DNA from: Ophelia neglecta
Taxonomy: Eukaryota
NCBI GenBank assembly: GCA_965285935.1
Contig: OZ260661.1
Location: forward strand, 60,822,001-60,886,000
Reading direction: 5' to 3'
Length of the DNA stretch: 64,000 nt
In this document: piece by piece, positions 27,991 through 39,851 of the stretch
How the letters are laid out: every line of letters starts with the position of its first letter
Numbering within the stretch: the first letter of the stretch is position 1
Program-made: the position numbers and the translations under genes
Notes under the pieces: generated by a model
The model's database searches: none
What the model saw: only the letters and a program-made list of their open reading frames with translations
Told to the model about the DNA's origin: nothing

Positions 27991-30900
27991 AAGATAAAGC
28001 TCCGGGCAAGTCGTAACATCTTGAACACGTTTCTTCAATAAACGGCGGCTCTAATTTGAGATTTTCGGACATTTGCTAAATGGAAAAACCCTGTACCAGT
28101 CCATGACGTGTTAGATTGTGTTGAACCAAAGGAGAATTGGAATGGAATTTCTGGATAGAATCAAAGCAGCTTAATACTGATACGAATACCAATAAAAGCA
28201 ATCTTATAAGGGCGAGTTACTTTAATTCCACCTTGATCCAATATTTTACCTTTTAGCCTGATAAGTACACACCATCGAAATCCATTCTAAATGCCTTGCC
28301 CGAATTTCCTATAAATCCCAGTGGCCCTGCGACATATGGGGTTAAGCTAAAATGCACCCATTAGATTTACCTCTGTTTGTATTCGAGGAGTGTATGAATC
28401 ATGGCAATATATTTTCATTAGTAAGCTTATATCAAAGTTGAAAGCTGCCAGAGGGGGGAAGTAACGAATGGTCTTGGGCGTGCAGCGGACAAACTATTTT
28501 GCCGAATGACTCTAATGGTCCCCGAGATCAACAGGTTGCAATTTATCAGAAATACCCATATATCAACCATCGCTAATTGTAGTTGTCCGAGGAGGGAAGA
28601 TTGTCTTGGAATTGTCTGAGAATTGTTAGATATTCCCTTCACATTCGGCAAGGGAATCTTAATATATCCCTATCTAAGCCAAAAACGTGAATGCAAAATT
28701 GCGATAGGAGAACTTCATTAGTCAGATAATATCTATTGCTCAATGACAATCATGGAAATTGACAGAATGGCTTCTGTCGATATGAAACCTCCCCCTTCCG
28801 CATAGATAGAATTGAATTCCCCCACGGGTTGGCGGGATTGCTTCGGCTTTCTTTGCATTTTTGTTGTTTCTGAGTGGAATTACTGAGAAGGATTGCGAAG
28901 ATTAGAAAACATCCCAAGGGCGACAGGATTCGATTAGATGACATAAATATACTCGCCAGAGTTTTCCCTTCATTATTTGACAGAAGGAACATTATTAACA
29001 GGCAAAATGTAAACCGATGCTTAAAAGCTTGTATCATCTTGTGGAAAATCACTAGAACAAGATTGACAATAGATAGGGTTTATGGGTAAATTGAGGTTAT
29101 TTACCTATGAGTCTAATAAAAAAAAAATAGCATTAATATGGGCCTAAATAAATACACAGCCCTATATATGTACTATATTTATCATTTTTGAAATTTCAAC
29201 GAAGGTTTAGCCTATAAATGCGTAGGAGCTAGCCATGCGTGATACAGATGTCTGCATTTTCATCACACAACAGCTCTTGTGATTAAATTGCTTGATTACT
29301 TGGGAAAAACAACTGGAAGCTGCTGTGAAGAGTACGTCTTGTCTCTTGAACAGCGCAGAAGACAATGGCATCCTGCCTCTCAGGTGGGCTGTTACACCAC
29401 CTGGCCACACATGTAAAGTGTACAACGATTGGCTGTGTGTGCCCAGCGCCGTTACGTAATGTTTACTTGGCAACCAATCCAGAGGTAGTAGCATGCAGCG
29501 CGCGCCTAAATTAGAATACAAACTCTGGCGGCAGATCATAGCCCTGAAGACCAGTCAATGTCACATGGAAGGAAAAAAATGTAATTGAGATCAACGAATA
29601 ACAAGATCCAGGAAGGGATAACAACAGACAATTATCGCTCGCTACTGTTATAATTTTGCGGCAAATGACTTTGATATTATTTGCCTCATCTCAGTGTAGC
29701 GCCATTTTCAGTGATAAGAAAGAATTTGCCTCATATTATATTATTTTGTAATGAAAAGGAAGCACTTTATCAGTGGTGACATCATTGTCTGGTCACTTAA
29801 ACAATGGACATTAACACAAATAATCAACGCTCTATCAATATATTCATGCATAAAAAAAACATTAAATAAATAACTGTCCACAAATACCTCCCCAGGAATT
29901 CACATATGAAGATATTATGTCGCTGAGGCTTATAAACAAAGTGTCAGAAATTACTTGTGCTTTCATCTGCAATTCTTCACCGAAAATAATTAGTAGAAAG
30001 TCTTTTAATTCGAAAGACCCCCTTAAAAGCAACCGAGGTAAACAATTAAATTTAAATTTAATAAAGAGAAGTTATTATTGAAGAATGTATTCCTATTTAT
30101 TCGTAATCTATTCCAGTGTTAAAGAAGGGGGGGGGGGCGAAGAAAACAAAAGGGTAATATTTGCCGGCCGTGTCACTTTCATCAAATTCGAATTCCAGGC
30201 TATTTTTCATATATAATTGACAGGCGATGCATCTTTCATCCAGAGTTTATGAGGTGGATAGGGAGAAGTGACATTTTGGAAACTCGAGAATTTGATAGTC
30301 CAGAAGATCCGGAGGCAATTCAGTACACTTAACCTCAGATTAGCTAGCATTGTGACCACGACAAGTAGTTTCAGTCAGAAGTATATTGAGTTTCTTGGAG
30401 ATTTATGAGGCTAGTATTACTTTAAAGAGCGGGGTTGTCATCCAGATTAAACCAGCGAGGAGACTAAAAACGTCAAGATGATTGAGGTTCCTTCTTATTT
30501 GTTTGACAATCACATGGTTCTAGATTTTTATTTGGCCTATACATGTCCCCATCTTAACTAATATCCACTTCAAAGGGGCAGGAAATTTGCACTCGAGAAA
30601 TAGAATTTAGTCTGGAAACTTTTAAGTTGTACAATATTCTCATACCTGGTCACTGATCTACCATTTTAAGGTGCTGTTTACTTTGAACACAATGACAATA
30701 CAAGTAAAGGCATATGAAAATCTTGTTCTTATTGTCGTATTCAAATTGACCTAGAACAGGTCGACGCGCATGTGCACTGTAGTGTCCCCTCTGGGCAAAG
30801 GGCTTAATTCTATAACTCTAACGATACAATCTAGTGTAAATCTACTACGACACACTAGAGGACCAAAGCAATACACTTAAACCGATCGATTCATCAATAC

Positions 30901-33900
30901 TCCACAGCATTTGGTCGTTGAACTAAATTGGTTTCTGCTTTAACGAATTATGTAAATAAAACGTTCCTGAAGCACGCATTCAATTAAACCCAAACTACGA
31001 AATAATATGAGTTTTTAGGCAGAACTTTTGAGGCAAAAATCATATCCTTATATTTGGCTTAGTTAACAATATTAATAGATTCCAACTACTCATTTATATA
31101 GGCACAACCCGGGCTTCAAATTGTTTGATGACTGTGTGAGAGAGAAAAAAAAGTATATATAAGTATAATACCATATGTAACTGCTAGCATTTGAAATAAT
31201 AGTTTTTCATACCAAGATTAATTATACCCTTGAACAAAATCACTGCAATGTGCATAACTTGGTAAAAATGTGCTTACCATAAATCAAACGAGGCCATTTG
31301 ATCCTGGGCGTGCTGGTGTCTCGTATTTTTGTCACTTTTGTGAGGAATCTTTCAGTGTGACAGCATCTGGCCCCAGAAAGATCAAAGTGTGGCGTGATTG
31401 GAAACATAATATGTCTGCTGGGTGAATTCTCCAATCAGAAGACACAAAAAATAACCTTTGGAAATAATACAAACTATGTTAGTGAAAGTTTTGAAAGTTT
31501 CGACCCGTGCCCTTCAAGCATCTAATCCTACTCGGCTCATGGTCTCCAGTCAACTAACGGATATTGAAATTAAGTTTACGTTCAAAGTTTCACGAAAAGT
31601 CAAATTTGGTCGTCATAAAACCTTTGAAGTTGCCGCTGGATCAGTTTTCATTGGTCGACAGGGCATAAAGCCACTCGTTGCTATGACGACGGGATGATGG
31701 ATGTTGCTTGGCAGGAGTAAGGTGACTTGGTATACGTCCTGGGAGGAAAATGGAGCGATAAGCAGCCAGGGTAGTACAAGGAGCCCGGGAAAGTACTCGA
31801 TAAGAAATTAATCAAATTATTCTTCTATGGCAAGTGATTATCCAGACGGTTGTAAAATTCACAACATTTGTTTCTTTGATTTCTTTTCCAAAAAAACAAA
31901 AAACAAAACAAATAAAAACAATTTAAAAGCATGCATATGTTACTGGGGATAGTTTTGATGGACACTTTAATTGCTGCAATGAAATATGAGATGATGGGCC
32001 ACGGTTACCTAGGAAATTGTCATATTTTCGTTAAGACATATTCAGTTTTTATATCTTTGTTACTTGTTTAGAGACTGAAAAAATTATACCTAAACTTAGG
32101 CCTGGATATTGATCTTATTACCTGACTACAAACTATAACTCATAGAGCATCAGTGGACAGGTAATATTGACCAACGAATTTTTTCATTTCGTCTTAATGA
32201 GTCGAGAGACAACGGGGATGCTTCATTATTAGCGGAGATAGGGCCTCATGCGGCGTGGTCATCAGGCTTCATGCCTCGGAGCACGCATACCTAATCAGAC
32301 CATCCCATTTCTGAAATCAAATTAACCTGACACCATGCAACTAACGGAGATTGAAGGCAGTTGAAAATCACCTATTTTTTCAGCTATCAAAACCGTTTTC
32401 ACCTACCAAGACTGAAGGCGGCAATACTGGTAGGAACAAAGAAAATATATGTAAGCTAGTCATAAAAAACCAATGTGCGTAACTTTTTTCTCCTGCTGTA
32501 GTGTGGCGCCATCTCTGTTTTAAAATTGCTGCGGACTATGTTAGCAGCAAAGGAGACACCGTTTGCAGACGACACCAGAACACCAAAGTGTACATGTGCA
32601 GACGGCCGACCTTGGTTTATCGATTTCGAAGGCTTAACTCGTCTCCTTGCTTGGCTGAGCGATTTATTCCGGTGCTGTCGGTTCCGAATCAGATATTCCC
32701 AATATGATGAGGTTTTTTGGCAACCATGCTGCGAACATTGATGCAGAAAATCAAACTTTGCAGACTAAACGCATGTGGGCTTTAGTTTACATTCCACAAT
32801 CGAATGAAGGGATTGTTTCACCCTCAGCGGTGTAAATAAGTGTTTAATAAATACCTGTCATGCTTTTGGTAAAATTTAATATTCAATCTTGATCCTAGCT
32901 ATACCTGGTCTCAAACGCTGGGAAAATCAATCTAATTTTAACAGCATGAGACATGGACACATTCTCTGATTGGTTTAAACTATGTGCCCAAAGCAGAAAG
33001 TTATGTTACAAAAGATATGCAAAAACGTCAGGAAGAAAAAGAGCGTTTACCTCGTGATTAATGCTTCTCCAACTAAAGGCACAATCTATCATTGTCAGTT
33101 AGATCAAAGATATTTCATTGGTATTGCAGAGTACAAGGATCAAGTGTTTGTACTTACCAAGTCAGTTTCCCAGGGTAAAAAATCAGCCCTCTCTGTGCTG
33201 TAGTTTGAGGAGATTGATGCTATTTACAGCGCCTAGAATTGCATGTTTATTTGCCTACAATTGGCAATGATTGATAACAAACTTTAGTGACAAACCCTCA
33301 GCAGACGATCCCATTTATTGCACGGTTAATTGTCAGCTAGTAAAACGCCACAATATATGCATAAAATCGGTGAGATAACTGCTCAAATATGACGCGGTTA
33401 TTACACAACACTACGGCCCCCGAGCCGTAAAATATTAATCAAAATGATCCATTTCTCCTTGGAGAAAACGATTCCTTGCTTGGATGAGTCCATAGCCCCA
33501 AACTTCACCCCTCGCTGCAAAGCTTAAAATGTTGAATATGGTCTTGGTTTCTGCTTGTCTAATCGGGTTGATCAAATTGTTTGCTGCCAGACAGTTCCGC
33601 TCTAAATTACAGTCTAAGTTTTTTCACAAGCTTTAATATACGTGCTACATGATTTTTTCACCTGGCAAACATATATTACAAAACTGGGTTTGCCATTACA
33701 AGAAAATAAACAGCTTTTAGGTGTTAGGTGGAAACATTACAATGTTCGTGGTATAATGTTTTATTTTAAAAGTAAATGGACATTTTCAATATAGTCACTG
33801 CGTCTGTTTGTTTCTTTTTCATCAAAATCAACTGCTCAAATTTTGTTCAATGCAAGGTGGCAAAAATTCACATTTTAACAGGTTTCTTGGTGGTGTGATA

Positions 33901-35419
33901 ATGAGTTTTGACCAATTTAGCGTCGCAGAATGACATAATTATGTAGCATCAAAGCCTCCTGACTTTTCCTTTTTTCCAGGCATCTCCACAGTGGTAGACT
34001 GTCATTAAGACAATGATCTGTCTTGTCTCTCGTTATCTGTCTGATGATCTACTGTCTAGTGGACATCAAATGAATTATGCATGAGAATAAAGACAGGGTG
34101 TGAAGTATCAACCGGAGATTCATTTACTAATGTCATGTCGGTGACAATTCACAAAGTGATAGTTTCTTGTTAACCAGAAGAGGTCAGACAAAGATCTGAT
34201 CTACTCCAGCCAGGCCTTTGTGAAATAACAAAACAAAATCTCCCCATAACCTGCGTAGGGTGAGTCTCGCCAGCAACAAAATATTTTACAAATAACAGTT
34301 AGTTCTTAAATTCAGTGGCAGCTTTTATCCATTTGCAAATATATAAGAGTGATTGTTCATAATTGGTAATTTCTCGTATTGCTATAATGCAGGCGTATAT
34401 ATATATTTCTGATAAATGCCTGGACTTCAATTTGTGTCGACGTGCTTCAGCAACAAAGTAAATGGCGCTCACCGTTTTATGACTATAATCATTGGCATCA
34501 GTTTATTTTATGGCTTGCATATGACACTATCTTTGTTTTTGTCCTAATTGCTAGAGTTAAGTGTTCTTTTATTGCATGTAATTGCCATTATTTATGTAGA
34601 ACATTTTAGGCCTATGTTTCCATCACTCGTGATGGACGTCATACAAGTTTCAATATGATATGACTGAAGTTTATTGGACAAGATATGCCAAAAATATCTA
34701 TTTTTTCTCAGCCTATGTCATGAATTGTACAGGAAGGATAACACGATTAAAGCAACAAGCTTCGTTCGGCCCTTAAGCGGCTTTTATCAACTACATCGAG
34801 TTGCTAGAGTTTTTCTTTCGACTAGTTGCAGTGTAGTTTACAACGCAGACAAGGTCGGTGTCCAATGCAAAGTCAAAAATACCAGAGAAACATGTTTCTG
34901 GAAAAACAGTACAGGGTTTATAATCATTCGACCTACCCATTCATTCATCACTTATATCATAAAGATTTACTTCAGCCAATATACATACCACATTCGCCTA
35001 GGCATTCCTACACTGCGGGTGACGTAAACCAATAAAAAGTAAGTTTTACTAACACTGGCCTTCGCGTGTGTTGGTTTATCGATTTGTGTTGATTTCTTCG
35101 GCTATGCTTCCTAGAATAGAACAGCAAGCAGAGTGTCTGAAAAGCCAGATGGAAAAAAGAGAAGATATAAGCATCAAATAATTGAGCACATATAAAAGCA
35201 AAGAACAGAAAATTATTTAAAACTGAAACAGGCATATTTTGGGATGAATCATATGGGTGATTTTAAAACTGATGAACACCGCGGAGATAAAGTGAGAGGC
35301 ATAAACTGCTAAATAACATTCATTATGGCGGCCTGATTTCCTTAACATATTTTTTTCCATGTTCCTAATTATCAGACCTTACTAATAACAATTTTCACTT
35401 TATTTCGGTCAATCTTTAT

Positions 35420-35530
35420 TGCTTTTCTGCTTTCTTTCCTGCTTTCCTGCTTTCTCTCCTGCTTTCTTTCCCGCTGCCTTTCCTGCTTGCTTTCCTGCCG
35501 TCCTCTATTGTTCTATTCTTGCTTGCTTCC
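35420..35530. repeat. Degenerate (CTTTCCTG)-type simple repeat
   Basis: CTGCTTTCTTTCCTGCTTTCCTGCTTTCTCTCCTGC... Confidence 0.75.
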
Positions 35531-36929
35531 TCAATCCTTCAATTCGGTCTTTGCCTCTGACGCATGTCTCTGTTTCTTCTATGTGTCTGTTTGCGGCTTG
35601 TTTCTTAGCGTTATTTGTTTATCCTGAAACCTTCCTTTTCCCTCTTTTTCTCGGTATTTTTCTTTTTTTTATGTCTTTGCGTGTGTCACCCCTAGTCTTT
35701 GTGTTTGGTTCTATGTCTTGTTCTAGTTTATTATAAGTGGACACGGTCTCCTTACTATATTGTATCTTTCTGGTGTTTGGCTTGTTCTCGACTGTTTGGG
35801 GTGATGGACTCTGGAGATACGTCTATCATAGGATCAATATGTATCACCTGTAAAAATATGCTCAGCTCACTTATTGGCGAATCATGACTAAATTACATAT
35901 CTTCCTAAGAAGCTTTTCGATTAGAACCACTCTGCACAAGTAAGAAAAGGGGGTTCAGGCAGTTCTGGTGCTTCATTTGCTCTCCGGAGAAGAAGAGAAA
36001 AAGCTTATTTGTTGCAAAACCTGCTATTGGTATATAAGTGGAAGTAAAATGTTTCTCTTCCTTTTTCAAATCGATTATATTATTAAAATGAGATGCAAAT
36101 TACACCGTTACATATTAAGTAGATTAACGTGTCGTTGGTGTAGTTATATAACTACTGTAACATTTAAGTGTGAAAATTGAAACACATCTTAAACGTTGAC
36201 GAACTATGCGAATCGAGGAGCTGGTAATTGATGGAGTTTGACCCTTTTTAATTTTTCGCACGCTGGGCTACCATGATAAAATTATATTCAAAATTTCACA
36301 AAATATCAACATATCAACTTTGAGATGTATGAGACCAGGGAAAAAAGCCATATTTGCAAAATGAGTCACATCGCCGATATTTAAGAGTCGTTTCTGGGTG
36401 ATGGGGTGGGCGGGGGGCATTTGTTTAAAGGGATAAAATGTTTCTCCTTGTACAGAAAATGTTCTCTCTTTGTCTGTTATACATCAATGTTGTACACCAC
36501 TTACGATAAAATATTGTTTTTGCGTGCGCTCTTTAACAAAAAACATTGTATTAATATCACTGACTCAGTTTAAAGTGGTTTGCCCACTGAACAAATGTAA
36601 CCCAGCCCTTTCAGTAGCCCCCCCCCCCCCCCCCCCTCACACATATACACCCATCCTTGCTCCAATCCAGCCATCAATTTGTCCATCCCTTGTGGTGGAG
36701 TCACATGCCTGTTAACAGCGAGTTCAGGTGGGTTTAAACATATCAAACATATCAAATAGCACGATGGCTAATTACAAATTGGTGCTCATATTTGGAGAAA
36801 ACAGATAGTCTCTCAGGTTCAGGCATACTCTCTTATGTCCCCCCCCCCCAACCCAACCCCAACCCCTACCCACCTCTACCCCATCCCACCCCCACCACCC
36901 ACTGCAATACTGTTCCGTGTGTTGGTCTG

Positions 36930-37590
36930 CGCTGTTAGGTGTCCTATCCTGGTTGCTACTCTGCGCTCTCCTGGTTGCTGCTCTGCGCTCTCCTGGTTGC
37001 TGCTTTGCGCTCTCCTGGTTGCTGCTTTGCGCTCTGCGCTCTCCTGGTTGCTGCTTTGCGCTCTCCTTGTTGCTGCTTTGCGCTCTCCTGGTTCCTGCTC
37101 TGCGCTCTCCTGGTTGCAGCTCTGCGCTCTACTAGTTGCAGCTCTGCACTGTACTGTGTGCTACTCTGCACTGTGCTGTGTGCTACTCTGCGCTCTCCTG
37201 GTTGCTGCTCTGCGCTCTACTAGATGCAGCTCTGCGTGGTACTGTGCGCTACTCTGCACTGCCCTGTATGATACTCTGCGCTCTCCTGGTTGCTGCTCTG
37301 CGCGGTACTGTGTGCTACTCTGCACTGCCCTTTATGATGCTCTGCGCCCTCCTGGTTGCTGCTCTGCGCTCTACTGTGTGCTGCTTTGCGTTGTACTGTG
37401 TGCTACTCTGGATTGCCCTGTGTGATGTATCATGTTTGCTGCTCTGCGCTGAACTGTGTGATGCTCTGTGCTGTCATGTGTGCTGCTCTGCGCTGTACTG
37501 TGTGCTGCTCTGCGCTGTACTGTGTGCTGCTATGCGCTGTCCTTTGTACAGTTTGGCTCTCTACTGTGGGCTGCCCCGCGCTGCACTTTG
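36930..37590. repeat. 22-bp tandem minisatellite
   Basis: Unit CTCTGCGCTCTCCTGGTTGCTG (period checked 36961 to 36983), grading into the variant CTCTGCGCTGTACTGTGTGCTG. Confidence 0.92.
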
Positions 37591-39524
37591 TGCCGATCTT
37601 CTCTGTCCTGTTTACTGCTTTCTTTATTGGCAGATACAAGTGTTCAGCCAAAATGATAGCGTGTCTGGTTAACTTTTCACAAATAAAATTACACTGCACA
37701 ATCGAGGTGATTTAAAACTTTTTTCTTTAGCCTGCAAGCCCCTCTTACATTCTCATTTTGTCTTGTGTTCATTGTGAAAATTTTATCACTGGTCTCTAAA
37801 ACTATAAGAGAGCTTACACCATCATACACTCTCAAGAAAAATATATCATCTCTGTCCTGCGTTGACAACTGACTACTTCTCATATTGTATGTAACATTAC
37901 ATTTTTGTTAAATATTTTAGTTTTTCCATTACAAATCTATTCAAAGTTTGGGAGCTTGCAGTGAGTATTGATGTGTGTCGGATTGTGGCTGCTGGTTCCT
38001 ATTGCCTTCGGATCGATTTAATGGAGTCGTCTTGATAAATGATTTTGTTTTCTTAACTGCAAAGAAACAGCAGGGAAAGGAAGGGGTCACTTGCAAAAGT
38101 GACAAACATTTCATACCCATCTTTGGCCGGGGTCAACCAAAAAACGAGCCAATGTTTAAATAAGGACGTGTGGAATATGTATTAGGAGAGACTAATGTGC
38201 GGATATATAGCAACCATGCCAGTAGCAAGAGAATAAAATTAACTATCTTCCTTTAGTTATGTGCCATTCAGGTGAATGATGTAGGATAGGAAGGGATAAG
38301 AGAATAAATATATTTATAATTTCTTAGCCGTGGGATTTCAACGTGTTCATTCTTAACTAGTCGCCCTTTTGTAGTGACTACATAAACACATGTGATGAGG
38401 TGAATTCGTAATATACGATGAGGTATAATAAAGAAGCAGGTGCCAATGGATATAAACCATATTATGGAAGACTTTGGATATCATTCGAAACTTTTGTTGC
38501 TAAGCTGTTAAAACAATGATAATTTTAAGCAATCCAAAAGACGTTCATGACTGGAGTATCATATTAGCTTCCTTAAGTCCTACATAAAAGTTATATAAAC
38601 CGTTATTATCTTTATCTGGGTACCGCATGAATGTCCATTTAATTTACAATGTTAGTAGCCTTTAGACAAAAGTTTTGAACGCCAACGTCGTATTTCTCTG
38701 ACATTGAGTCACAAGTTGTGTAATTTCCCAATTAATTACAATCCATATGGTCGTGAAATAGGTACTTTATCATAGAATGGCAAACTGTTTATCGCAATTG
38801 TTATATAAACGTGACCAAACTTATATTTTTAATCAATTATGGAATAAATATAAGTACATGTTACAGTTTTCCCTGGTATCTTACATTTAAAAAACAACAG
38901 GTTTTTAAACTAAGTTTACATGTGACACTAACAATTCAGTGCGCTAATGTGTAGAAGTGTATGACAAATAACTCAATAACAGTTGGGCATGGATACCCGG
39001 CAGACTATCATCTAGAACAGTCAGTTTCGGGCTTAAAAACACATGTTTTTATTAATGGTATCAATGCATTGAACCATCAGTGGAAACGACCTAATTGACA
39101 AGTAAATTTAACTTGTTGGTTGCAGTTGGTAGCGGGCGAGGGCAGCGTATAAAAGGTAGAACCGAGTGTTATTTTTATTGTTAGTGTTAATGAGTTTAAA
39201 TTTTTTTTGAATAATGATGATGAAACGATTTATGCACTTGCACTTGCATAATTGTGTTTATTGTGTGGCTTTCATCATGTCATTATTCTCTTTTATTTCC
39301 ATATAGATGTTTCTTCCAACAAATCGTTGTATTTGAAAAGGTGCACTCGAATAATGATACGAGTTTTAACATGAAAATGTTGCCCACAATATTATAACTG
39401 CTGGGGCCATGTGCAAAACAGTATAACACCTTATGTTACATATACATATGTTGAAGCCCAATAAAAGTGTAAATGGCTCACTTTATATAATTAACATTTT
39501 ATTGCGCTGTCTAGGATACATATT

Positions 39525-39851
39525 GCCATTTCCCTCTTTAGTATCCATGTACATCTTTTTTTTTCTTTTATGTTCTCTTATCACACTAATGAGAGTGCTT
39601 AGTCCATCTTACCCTCTACTAGTCCTTATTTCATCCTTCGTTGGTCCTTTTCTCATTTACGTTGAGTTTTGACTGTGGAAAAATTTAGTCTACTTTTCAT
39701 TTCAACTGATATCAATTTTAATTGCGTTACAAACCTATTTAAACTGGGGATTGATGTTTGTGAGTTTGCTGTTGAAGGTTCCTGGTGAATTTGGACGGAT
39801 GTAATTTACTATTCTTGATTATTTATTTTGAACTGTCTATCGGGTGTCCAT
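39525..39851 (-). pseudogene. Decayed ORF of an unknown repeated family (MDTR...IxPxSPG...TNINPQF...DGLSxLISV); best collinear copy
   Basis: One reading frame from the ATG at 39851, with several stops but no frameshift up to DGLSTLISVIREH. Homologous to ~37710-38050, ~40690-41035 and ~44387-44774. Confidence 0.5.

Noticed and set aside
30775-30815. SINE-core-like GTGTCCCCTCTGGGCAAAGGGCTTAA
   Set aside because: Too short and isolated to call.
32526-32741. ORF with FADDT...LTRLLAWL as a LINE RT fragment
   Set aside because: Only two short motifs match, and FADDT is spelled by the dispersed GCAGACGACA word. Kept only as an alternative explanation in that finding.
33155-33180. miR-10-family-like string UUACCCUGGGAAACUGACUUGG on the - strand
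   Set aside because: No complementary arm on either side to form a pre-miRNA hairpin. I saw no canonical mir-10 or mir-993 in the window.
36835-37715. Long Cys/Leu/Ala-rich ORFs (196 aa, 178 aa and others)
   Set aside because: They are translations of a 22-bp repeat. The period is not a multiple of 3, so the same peptides cycle through all frames.
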